Shown here: one piece after another, positions 17,626 to 25,587 of the stretch | How positions within the stretch are numbered: position 1 is the stretch's first letter | How the letters are laid out: each line of letters starts with the position of its first letter | IMG/VR virus record: IMGVR_UViG_3300019877_000003 | Location: 1-40,624 of that record | DNA: 40,624 nt | Strand: one strand, 5' to 3' | Source of the DNA: a virus | Lineage: Duplodnaviria > Caudoviricetes | The notes under the pieces: generated by a model | Seen by the model: the letters and a program-made list of their open reading frames with translations, nothing else | Database searches by the model: none | What the model was told of the DNA's origin: nothing | Translations under genes and position numbers: made by a program

Positions 17626-19786
17626 CTATGGGTTTAAGTTCGCTAAGCGCGTACATAATAGGTTTCGGATCGCTGTATCTTGCGTAATCGCTTGAGCTTG
17701 GGCAAACTTAACTGCCAAAGTAGCATTCTGTGCAAGCATTCCAGAATAATAAGGGTCACGGTAAATCAAGTTCATGGAATATCCATCTTGATTAATGTGA
17801 GTTATTGCTTGTTTACCCAACACGGTGTTGTAGTAAACGTCATTACCATTAGCACTAGCACCACGAGCTACAGGAGCCTCAGAGCTTGTCAAGATACGGG
17901 TGTTAAATACAGAACCGTATTCTGATGGAAGAGCTGATGCATTTGTAGGATAGTTCCACTGAGACAAGAAACCGCTTCCTGTTAGGGAATCGAAGTCTGT
18001 CTGAAGCTCTGTTGAACTCAACATGAAATATGCTGAACGGACAGGGCCTGTTCCGAATCTATCCATACCTTCAATACCTGACATAAATTTGTAGGCATTG
18101 TTAGTATCCAAAGTCGTAGCAACTAAACTAAAATCGGATACACCGAGGTTAGTTGGATTGTCCTATCTGTTACTTGTTGACCTGATTTCTCAGGCGGGCC
18201 AAATCTTCTCAGCTGGCCTCACTATGTCTCCATAGTGTTCAGAGCACCGCATCCTCTTTCGAGGTCTTCTCGCTTGCTGCGTTCAGGCTGTTTTGATTTA
18301 ACTTTATCGATTATTTTATCGATTTGTTCTAGATTTCCATAATAAGCTTGTTCGTTAACCCACATGTTTCTATACCATATGGAACCAAACGGTCTTTTAT
18401 CTAAATCTATCATCACTTGCCCCTTGTTGTCCGTCTGCTTCATGCAGCGAGGAGTTCCAAGTCTATCAGAGAAGATTTTACAACGGCAACAAATCTACCG
18501 TTGCTTCCACCACCAGCGTTAATTTCGCTAGCTGCGGAGACGATGTAATCGCGTAAAATTAACAATCTGTTACTTTTGTGACCTACCTATTGTAGGCGGG
18601 AAAACCTCTTCGGATTTTCCTCTCGGATTTCATTTATAGTCCGAGATCAGACTTTCGCATCTCTATTTCTAGAGTCCAACCGCTAAGTCGTTCAGCCTAG
18701 ACATTTAATTAGTCTTATGCAACAATACACACGCATCTACACACATAACATAGGAGGTGAAAGATGCCCGTTATTCCCTATGAGAAGATTATTTATGATC
18801 CTCTCAAGCTTGCATATCTTGCTGGAATAGTTGACGGAGAAGGTTCTCTTTGTATTTATCGAGTTAATCCCGCGAAGTATAACCGATATCAAAGCCCTAA
18901 CTTTCGTTCCGTTCTTAATATTTCCAACACTAAGAAAGAACTTTTTGACTGGATTGAAGAAAATTTTGGTAATCTCAATAAGTCTAAAAAGCATCGTCGA
19001 TCCATTTTTAAGAAAAACTCGACTCATGAAAGATGGATTTATGAGTGGGTTATTCAAGGTCACCGATTGGTCGATATTTGTACTCAACTTTTGCCTTACC
19101 TTGTTCTTAAAAAAAGACAGGCTGAGTTGATTCTCGAATTTCGTAAGACCTACGAAAACCAAAAAGGATTTGGTGCTCATACACCACTGGACATTGATAC
19201 AATCTCTATTAGAGAAGATATCAGAGTCGAAATGTGTAGACTTAATGCTAAAGGTTTTCTTAAAGCTGAATTCGAACATTTTTCTCCTAATTAAACCCTT
19301 GGCCCTTGTTGCCCTCCTGATTTATCAGTGAGGGTTTCCAAGTCAATCAGGTTAGATTTATCGAGGACTTAATCTTAATCCTCGGCTTGGCGCATCGCAA
19401 CAGCTAATCTTTCAGAAACCCAGGCGAGAACTCCCTCCTGATCCTGCAAGATAACTTGCTCGTTGATTCTTAAGAGCTTATGCCGCCATCAAGCATGCTG
19501 CACAATCATAAATGCAGCCTGTTCCAAAAAACGCCATCTGCGCATCAATAATGTCACGCTGTGGCACTTGAGCTGGAGGATCAATCCCCGAGTTACCAAG
19601 TTGAATAGTAGGCGGCTGTAAAGCACGCGGTCTCATAAAGCGACAAGTAGTTCCGCCGTTTGCAGGCATGGAAACTTTGTCACAAACTGTAATGTAATTC
19701 ATTGTTGGGGTAGGCACATAGAGCATTGCAGGCGCAAGCGACTGTAATATCATTGGGCCTAGATTCCCAGTATTTGTGATTTGCAC
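17626..19786 (-). CDS. Major capsid protein (N4-gp56 family), spliced: exons 19786-19512, 19468-19378, 18562-18497, 18162-17626 = 969 nt, 322 aa
   Basis: Joined exons give a continuous frame ...FFGTGCI/INEQVILQDQEGVLAWVSERLAVAMRQAED/LILRDYIVSAASEINAGGGSNG/DNPTNLG...SEYGSVFNTRILTS...; GTG start with SD GAGGT; each junction has U at the exon end and G at the intron end. Confidence 0.9.
18163..18496 (-). mobile_element. Group I intron 3 of MCP (334 nt)
   Basis: P1 CAACGGU/GCCGUUG with U-G; P10 UUGUU/GACAA; P3 UCUUCUC/GAGAAGA; P7 G(C)AGCA/UGCUC; P8 CCUC-GAAA-GAGG; ends UAACAGAUAG. Confidence 0.88.
18698..18726 (+). promoter_or_regulatory. Putative sigma70-type promoter for the endonuclease
   Basis: TAGACA-17 bp-AACAAT with TGn extension; SD AGGAGGTGA at 18752-18760. 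Confidence 0.4.
18764..19294 (+). CDS. LAGLIDADG homing endonuclease (single motif), antisense to host intron
   Basis: LAYLAGIVDGEGSL motif; LLPYLVLKKRQAELILEF C-terminal motif; strong SD. Confidence 0.92.
   Translation: MPVIPYEKIIYDPLKLAYLAGIVDGEGSLCIYRVNPAKYNRYQSPNFRSVLNISNTKKELFDWIEENFGNLNKSKKHRRSIFKKNSTHERWIYEWVIQGHRLVDICTQLLPYLVLKKRQAELILEFRKTYENQKGFGAHTPLDIDTISIREDIRVEMCRLNAKGFLKAEFEHFSPN
19469..19511 (-). mobile_element. 43-nt core-less group I-like mini-intron 1 of MCP
   Basis: UUAUGAUUGUGCAGCAUGCUUGAUGGCGGCAUAAGCUCUUAAG; P1 GCUGCAU/GUGCAGC with U-G, P10 UGAUU/AAUCA, terminal G; removal restores frame. Confidence 0.75.
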
Positions 19787-19947
19787 GGTAACCTCATGAA
19801 TGAGATTAATATGATATGATGATCGGTATGCGAACCTAACTACGCGGATTTTCGATCATATCTTGATGAAAGGTGCGATGCTTTCTAACGCTGATTTGTC
19901 CATAACGCAGGACTTGCGAAAGTTCTTTATATCAATGATTTAATTTA

Positions 19948-19970
19948 AATGTAAAGCCGGATTTACATTG
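19948..19970. promoter_or_regulatory. 23-bp quasi-palindrome, copy 2
   Basis: Exact reverse complement of 16444-16466; abuts tRNA-Thr 3' end. Confidence 0.5.
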
Positions 19971-20041
19971 CTTGAAGTAGGAATTGAACCCACAACCGTC
20001 CGATTACAAATCGGATGCTCTACCAATTGAGCTATTCAAGC
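19969..20041 (-). tRNA. trnT: tRNA-Thr(TGT)
   Basis: Acceptor GCTTGAA/TTCAAGC, anticodon arm TCCGA-TTTGTAA-TCGGA, T loop TTCAATT; no encoded CCA. Confidence 0.92.
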
Positions 20042-20043
20042 CT

Positions 20044-20116
20044 CTCCGTCTGTAGGATTCGAACCTACGGCCTATTCATTAACAGTGAATTGCTACTACC
20101 GCTGAGCTAAGACGGA
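20044..20116 (-). tRNA. trnN: tRNA-Asn(GTT)
   Basis: Acceptor TCCGTCT/AGACGGA, anticodon arm ATTCA-CTGTTAA-TGAAT, T loop TTCGAAT; discriminator G. Confidence 0.9.
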
Positions 20117-20123
20117 ATTTGTA

Positions 20124-20786
20124 TTAACCTCTAAGACGATTTTGTAACTCTTTCATTTTAGCATGAGCTGCCTTCTGACCAGTTGCAGAAAAATCACCCT
20201 GACTAGCATAAGGAGAAGCGCCAACACCAGTAGGTTGGTAGTAAGGACTACGCTTATTAGCGTCGATTTTATCTTGAATTGTAGGTTGTTTTACTTCAGG
20301 ATTATGCAGACCCATAGTCTTAATAGTTTTGTAAACTAACTTCTGTCTTTCAAAACCTTCTGGCATATTAAGAATCGTTTCAGCAAGTTCAGGATCTCTT
20401 TGAGCAAATCTCTCTGCATGTTGCATGACATCATAGAAATCAGAATTATTTTTTAACCAAGATTGTTGCTTATCTTGTTGCATCATTGAATAAGCTTTCT
20501 CTTCTGCTTTCTTTTCAATTCTTTCTTCCATACGACGTTCAAAATCGGAAAGTTTTCTATTCAATTTCTTATCATTAACATAAGGCTCATCGTCATTATC
20601 ATCTTCTTCTACTTTTCTAGATGAATATTCCTTAGCTACTCTTTCCGCCTCAATCCTTGCTGCTCTTTCTTGATCAAGTTCTCTTCGGTACTTAGCTTCA
20701 AGTGTTCTGAAATTAAGTTCTTTGTCTTGTTGTTTCTGATCTACAGATGGAACTTGTGCTTGATTTGCAACTTGATTTTCTGTCAT
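20124..20786 (-). CDS. Capsid scaffolding protein (putative)
   Basis: Charged coiled-coil protein upstream of MCP. Confidence 0.65.
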   Translation of the reverse strand: MTENQVANQAQVPSVDQKQQDKELNFRTLEAKYRRELDQERAARIEAERVAKEYSSRKVEEDDNDDEPYVNDKKLNRKLSDFERRMEERIEKKAEEKAYSMMQQDKQQSWLKNNSDFYDVMQHAERFAQRDPELAETILNMPEGFERQKLVYKTIKTMGLHNPEVKQPTIQDKIDANKRSPYYQPTGVGASPYASQGDFSATGQKAAHAKMKELQNRLRG

Positions 20787-20855
20787 ATTAAAAAAACTCC
20801 TTTACGGATAAGTGGTTGTTGTTATTAAAATCTTTATTAATATTAAAGGCAAGAC

Positions 20856-21371
20856 ATGAAAGTAAATGTTTTAGAAGCACATGACCGACTTAAGCATTTA
20901 ATAAAAGATCAATCAGCTAATATATTTCAAGGAGCGGAAGATTGTTTGAAAAAGAACACCCTTTCATTAGCTATTCAGGAGAAATCACCATACATTTATA
21001 TATTCGCTCATCCTAGAACTGCTGATGATGGAGTGAATAAAGTAATGTATTGGGATCCTAGATTATCAATTCCTGAAGCGCAGAGTAACTCATACCTGTT
21101 CAGGGCAAAAAGCCATACTGATGAGATAGAGGTTATTTGGATGATTCCTGCCCCTGAAATGTGGGCACAATATGATGAGGGAAAAGTTACTGAAAGCAAT
21201 TGGTGCTCATGGTCGATTAATCAATATAAAACCAACAAGAAAACACTTGAAAGACCACATCCAGGAGATGTGCCGGAAGAGAAAGCTCGTTTAATAATGA
21301 AAGCAGTTGTAGATGAGAAATTGTTTCAAGTTAGACAAGATAAAATGATGAATAGAATTTATTTGCCTTAA
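20856..21371 (+). CDS. Hypothetical protein
   Basis: 171 aa ORF, counter-oriented within head module. Confidence 0.65.
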   Translation: MKVNVLEAHDRLKHLIKDQSANIFQGAEDCLKKNTLSLAIQEKSPYIYIFAHPRTADDGVNKVMYWDPRLSIPEAQSNSYLFRAKSHTDEIEVIWMIPAPEMWAQYDEGKVTESNWCSWSINQYKTNKKTLERPHPGDVPEEKARLIMKAVVDEKLFQVRQDKMMNRIYLP

Positions 21372-21378
21372 GGATAAA

Positions 21379-21810
21379 GTGGCTAACCATAAAACTTACG
21401 TTACACAAACACCTTTCTCAGAAGTGAAAAAATACAAAGATAGTTTAAATAAGTTTTTCGAAGAAAATAATGAGTATCTTATTAAAAACGATATTTTCAT
21501 ATCCGACATGCATAAGAATTTGAGTAAGCCTTTTGAATTTATAGATGCAGAATTGCCTGATATAGAATCGGAAAAAGGTAAAGATGATATCTATTTATGT
21601 AGTGTTCGTATGGATATCGCATTAGAGAAATTCATAGAGACAGAAGTCGTCAAAAAATGCGAAGAAGACTCTGAATTTATATCATATAAAAAACAAATCT
21701 CTGAATTTAAAGAAAAGATTTATGAAATTAGATGTAGATATAAAAATCAAATAACAGAAAAATACAACCCTAAACAATCGACTTCGGAGGAGTCCCAAGT
21801 TGCTTCTTAG
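21379..21810 (+). CDS. Hypothetical protein
   Basis: 143 aa, GTG start with SD AAGGA. Confidence 0.55.
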   Translation: MANHKTYVTQTPFSEVKKYKDSLNKFFEENNEYLIKNDIFISDMHKNLSKPFEFIDAELPDIESEKGKDDIYLCSVRMDIALEKFIETEVVKKCEEDSEFISYKKQISEFKEKIYEIRCRYKNQITEKYNPKQSTSEESQVAS

Positions 21811-21982
21811 ATAACTTAACCATTCCAACAGTATCGTCTCTAACTTTACCAAGCTTTTGACGAATGCCAGTTCCGTAGTTGTCACCCATTCCATACTTTG
21901 TATTTGCAGTATGAGCTTGTATGTTTTTTTTATACTTCGGTTGAGTACGATTAGGTTGATTTGCCTGCATTGCTATAGCCAT
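21770..21982 (-). CDS. Small basic hypothetical protein
   Basis: 70 aa, SD GAGG, in head operon. Confidence 0.55.
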   Translation of the reverse strand: MAIAMQANQPNRTQPKYKKNIQAHTANTKYGMGDNYGTGIRQKLGKVRDDTVGMVKLSKKQLGTPPKSIV

Positions 21983-21985
21983 AAA

Positions 21986-22315
21986 TCAACCTCTGTCGTC
22001 TACTTTCATTGTGTTTTGTCTTCCAAAAGGAAGAACATCGACTTTATCTTTAGGATTTCCTTCATTACCAACTGGTTGTCTATTTCCAACACCGTAATGC
22101 GTTCCAGCATTCAAGAAGTTGCTAGATCTTTGATCATATTGAGGACAACGAAAATCCCATGGAGATTTCTTTCCATCAACTGGTTTATCTAGTTCTCTTT
22201 GCTGTTTAATAGCAATAGGATCTTTAAAACCAGATTTAGCGTTGATCTGTTCTTTGTTTCTTTTCATAAATTTCCTTTTAAATTTCCCAAGAGAGACTTT
22301 CACTCTCATTTCCAC
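21986..22315 (-). CDS. Hypothetical protein (start may be at MKRNK)
   Basis: ORF between portal and scaffold. Confidence 0.55.
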   Translation of the reverse strand: MEMRVKVSLGKFKRKFMKRNKEQINAKSGFKDPIAIKQQRELDKPVDGKKSPWDFRCPQYDQRSSNFLNAGTHYGVGNRQPVGNEGNPKDKVDVLPFGRQNTMKVDDRG

Positions 22316-22374
22316 ATTTAAGTGACGTCCTTCCGGGTCTCATTTATTGCCGGTCTTAGACGACTGAGAAAAAA

Positions 22375-22593
22375 TTAATTACGATATCCAGGCTTCATAG
22401 GATGAGCTTTAGCTTTGCTGATACCCATATTTTGTTGTGCTTTGATTGTTTCAGTAGTATCTTCATACTTAGAAACTGCACCTGCACCTTCTGCACTAGA
22501 TTCATTCTTTGTCTTTGCACCCATTGGGAATACAGATCCGTTAGAACCTTTTCCAGCCCAAAATGAATGATCATCAATTCGTTGTCCGCCCAT
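22375..22593 (-). CDS. Hypothetical protein
   Basis: 72 aa, SD GAGGT. Confidence 0.6.
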   Translation of the reverse strand: MGGQRIDDHSFWAGKGSNGSVFPMGAKTKNESSAEGAGAVSKYEDTTETIKAQQNMGISKAKAHPMKPGYRN

Positions 22594-22630
22594 AATATAC
22601 CTCGTTTTTTTAGAGGCATAATAGCCTCGT

Positions 22631-23008
22631 TTAATCTCTTTTTATAACATCATATCCATGAAGATTCAAGAGAGTTATCATGAAATTTACAATTTCTTTT
22701 GATGCGTCGTTTGAAGTTTCTGATTTTTTTTTATTTTTTTCTTCTTCTTCTAATATTTCTTTTAAACTTAATTTTTTAGGTTTTGCAAATTTTGTTCTTT
22801 TTATTCCTAAACTTTCAGCTTGTCTAAATATTGTACTTGGATTAACTCCAAAATATTCAGACATTTCATTATGAGAAGCATTTCTTTCATAAAGAAGTTT
22901 TAAAACTTCTTTATCATCATCCGTAAATTTATGTGTTTTTTTGTCTTTGCGCATACAAACCCCTTGTTTTATGCAAGAAGTGTATCGTGTTTGCGATTTT
23001 ATTTGCAA
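22631..23008 (-). CDS. HTH-domain protein (likely start at MRKDK)
   Basis: SHNEMSEYFGVNPSTIFRQAESLGI helix-turn-helix. Confidence 0.55.
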   Translation of the reverse strand: MQIKSQTRYTSCIKQGVCMRKDKKTHKFTDDDKEVLKLLYERNASHNEMSEYFGVNPSTIFRQAESLGIKRTKFAKPKKLSLKEILEEEEKNKKKSETSNDASKEIVNFMITLLNLHGYDVIKRD

Positions 23009-23012
23009 TATT

Positions 23013-25151
23013 TTATAGCATCGACATCATATTCTGAGAAGAATTTTGTTGTTGAGGTCGTTGATTCTGTCCCTGACTCGGTTGACTTCCCATTAATTGC
23101 TCAATAAATCTCTTTGAAGCCTCTGTTCTCTCAACATTCTGCCTTGCTATCTTCTCTTCTTCTTGATCGTCGTTATTGATAAGATCTAAGTTATTAGACT
23201 GCATAAACGCTTCAACTTCACCAAATTTCTGTATAGTTTCAAGTAATTGAGCCAATGCAGCGACCTTCTCTTTAGTTGCTAAGCTATGGTTCTTACTAAT
23301 CATTGACATACGCTCTTCGAACAATCCAACGTTAGATTCAGATCTAGAATCTCTCTCACGAGCTTGTGATAGCTGATTATGAATCTTAGCCATCATATCT
23401 TTAATCTTCATCTCTTCGACAGTATGCTGAATATTTTGTAGTTCAGATTGAGCAGCAGCAGCTTGTTGCTCTTGCTGTTCAAGGAATGGTATAATCTCAC
23501 CCTTACCGGTAATATTCAGTTTAGGAATAATCATCGAAGGAGGAAATACTTCTCTACCAAATGTAGTATTGATATCCATCATCTGTTGAGCTTGCAAATT
23601 CTGTTGAGTTGGTGTCAAATCTGATTCTTCAACAATTACCTGAAACTTAGAGAAAATCTTGCTATAGAAGAATGGAGAAGGCTCTTCTCCGATTAATAAT
23701 TTAATCTTTTCTGCATTCCAATTCTGAAGTAATATTTGTAGAATAACTTCACCAAGCATCTTGTCAGAATAGTCCCATTGGTCGAAATACTTTTGGAATA
23801 CCATTAAGTTAGCAGCTTGCTTAAGCAATACTGTTAAGCTAGATGCGTTCTTATCTTGTTGAGCTGACCAGTTCTCCATATTTATTCCAGATGTAGAATA
23901 AATAAGATTCATGAATTGATCTGCTAACGCTAAATCGGACTCTGGAACACCGCTAGGAATGATCTTTTCGCAATCAGTTAGCTCATAACCTTCGTTAATA
24001 ATTACATCCCAACCCTGACCAGATTTCTTAAGATTATCTTCGTTGGCTACAGCACCAACCTTACGCTTCCAACCAGCATTGATTGTAGCTTCAGTGATAT
24101 CTGCGTTAGTGATTATCTTATGGTTAAAAAGGAATTGGCTAGAGCGCATTGGACGAACTAAAGATCTAACTCTCAAATCAAACTGAGGTACATGTGGATC
24201 ATAGTTCCAGAAATAAGGAATGAATGGGCAACCATCAAATCCTAGGGGATTTTCACCTTGATACATTAACTGATCGTTAAGAATCGTAGCCAATTTCCAA
24301 CAAGGTGTATCTACAGTAACAATTTCCATATCTGGAATATTATACAAAATTTGCTCTAAATCAGCTTCTTTCCCAAAGTCAAAAAACTGATTCCTAGAGC
24401 GACTGTAGAGACGCTTCTTTTTCCTTTTCCATTTGTACCAAACATAGGACAAGACCATAAGGTCGTTTCTCGCCATGTTATAGTTTTCTGGAAGGAAGTA
24501 GAAATTTCCGTATCTCTGTGGAGTACCAGACATCGGAGCGATTGCTTCAAATTTGTCGGGAAAACGATCCTCTGCTTCTTTCTTAGATATATACTCTTGA
24601 CACCAGATGAATTGAGCTTCATTGATATCGTTTCTCCAAAATGGATCCATTAAAAAAGAGTTGTATTCCCAGACTTTTACTTTAAGATCGCCCTGTGCCT
24701 GATCATCACCAGAGAAATCAAGATACGGTTGCAATAATACCATTCCAGATATTGCTGCAAGCTCTTTTGCTTTAGATTTCATCTCATGGACGTTACCAGA
24801 ATTTGCAATATGAGTAACAAGTTTAGTATATTGATCCGTGGTCTGAGGATCTGATCCTTCGCATGGAACGTAAGAGAAGTTTTTACGGTGTTGACGTTCA
24901 TACCCAGTAACCATGTTAATAGGCTGCTGAATCAGGTTGAATTGATAATTACTTCCGCCCTGATTATTAGCAAAGCTGAATTGTCTGTTAATGAAGTCTT
25001 GACTTCCAGCATAGAAAAGCGTGTCTATATTAGATTGATTCCAGCGACTTTGCTCGATAGGCTGAAACTTACTATACAAGTTATCAAGCCATTGCCTGAT
25101 ATTTCCCTGATTCGGTTCTAAAGAATTGTTCCAAGGGGGATAGAAACTCAA
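23013..25151 (-). CDS. Portal protein (P22-like)
   Basis: 712 aa; FNLIQQPINMVTGYERQHR, SLVRPMRSSQFLFN motifs; long C-terminal coiled coil. Confidence 0.85.
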   Translation of the reverse strand: MSFYPPWNNSLEPNQGNIRQWLDNLYSKFQPIEQSRWNQSNIDTLFYAGSQDFINRQFSFANNQGGSNYQFNLIQQPINMVTGYERQHRKNFSYVPCEGSDPQTTDQYTKLVTHIANSGNVHEMKSKAKELAAISGMVLLQPYLDFSGDDQAQGDLKVKVWEYNSFLMDPFWRNDINEAQFIWCQEYISKKEAEDRFPDKFEAIAPMSGTPQRYGNFYFLPENYNMARNDLMVLSYVWYKWKRKKKRLYSRSRNQFFDFGKEADLEQILYNIPDMEIVTVDTPCWKLATILNDQLMYQGENPLGFDGCPFIPYFWNYDPHVPQFDLRVRSLVRPMRSSQFLFNHKIITNADITEATINAGWKRKVGAVANEDNLKKSGQGWDVIINEGYELTDCEKIIPSGVPESDLALADQFMNLIYSTSGINMENWSAQQDKNASSLTVLLKQAANLMVFQKYFDQWDYSDKMLGEVILQILLQNWNAEKIKLLIGEEPSPFFYSKIFSKFQVIVEESDLTPTQQNLQAQQMMDINTTFGREVFPPSMIIPKLNITGKGEIIPFLEQQEQQAAAAQSELQNIQHTVEEMKIKDMMAKIHNQLSQARERDSRSESNVGLFEERMSMISKNHSLATKEKVAALAQLLETIQKFGEVEAFMQSNNLDLINNDDQEEEKIARQNVERTEASKRFIEQLMGSQPSQGQNQRPQQQNSSQNMMSML

Positions 25152-25267
25152 TTTAGCCTCTTATATGAAATGAAAATTCAATATAATGAATTCTTTAGAG
25201 ACTGTCCAGTATAGAATTGAAATTTTAATTAATATATTTCAACAAATTACTTGTATTTATATAATAA

Positions 25268-25399
25268 AAAATATGGAACGATTCGAACGTTCACGTCTCT
25301 GGAGTTTAATCCAGTGACTCGGTTATGCTTATTGTTATCACCCAATAAACCCGCGCGTCTACCAACGATAGTCTCACTCTATCTTTCCGCCACATATAA
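25268..25399 (-). ncRNA. tRNA-like RNA with enlarged D, anticodon and variable arms
   Basis: TGGCGGAA...GGTAGACGC D-arm signature, T arm GAACG-TTCGAAT-CGTTC, acceptor ATATG/CATAT. Confidence 0.55.
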
Positions 25400-25401
25400 A
25401 A

Positions 25402-25587
25402 TTATTTATTCTTATAATCTGTTTCGTAGAATCCAGTGCCTTTAAAATGAAGTCCAACTCCTGATCCAATGCATTTACTCAAAATCTGATTACAGTCAGG
25501 GCATGATATATAAAGAATATCATTCATCTTATGTAGATGCGAGGATATTTGTTGGCATTTTGGACATTTGTAGTCGTAGGTTGGCAT
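25402..25587 (-). CDS. FmdB-family zinc ribbon protein
   Basis: MPTYDYKCPKC...CPDC...FKGTGFYETDY signature. Confidence 0.85.
   Translation of the reverse strand: MPTYDYKCPKCQQISSHLHKMNDILYISCPDCNQILSKCIGSGVGLHFKGTGFYETDYKNK

Larger units (their letters stand above)
18563..19377 (-). mobile_element. Group I intron 2 of MCP (815 nt) containing homing endonuclease gene
   Basis: P1 GAGGAU/GUCCUC; P10 UAAGAUUAA/UUAAUUUUA; P3 UCUAACC/GGUUGGA; P7 GACUU/AAGUC; P8 CUCUA-GAAA-UAGAG; ends UAACAGAUUG. Confidence 0.92.

Noticed and set aside
18737-19279. 180-aa minus-strand ORF within intron 2, and + strand ORF 18831-19130
   Set aside because: Shadows of the LAGLIDADG gene, which has the motif and SD; no recognisable features
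19469-19511. T4 gene 60-like ribosomal bypass or simple frameshift as explanation for the 43-nt insert
   Set aside because: No matching take-off/landing codons next to the stop. An ATT-to-ATC hop would lose one residue relative to the family pattern as I recall it. P1, P10 and the terminal G fit splicing better. Not formally excluded.
17626-19786. MCP as pseudogene or stop-codon recoding
   Set aside because: All breaks are explained by precise intron boundaries; other genes read normally in code 11
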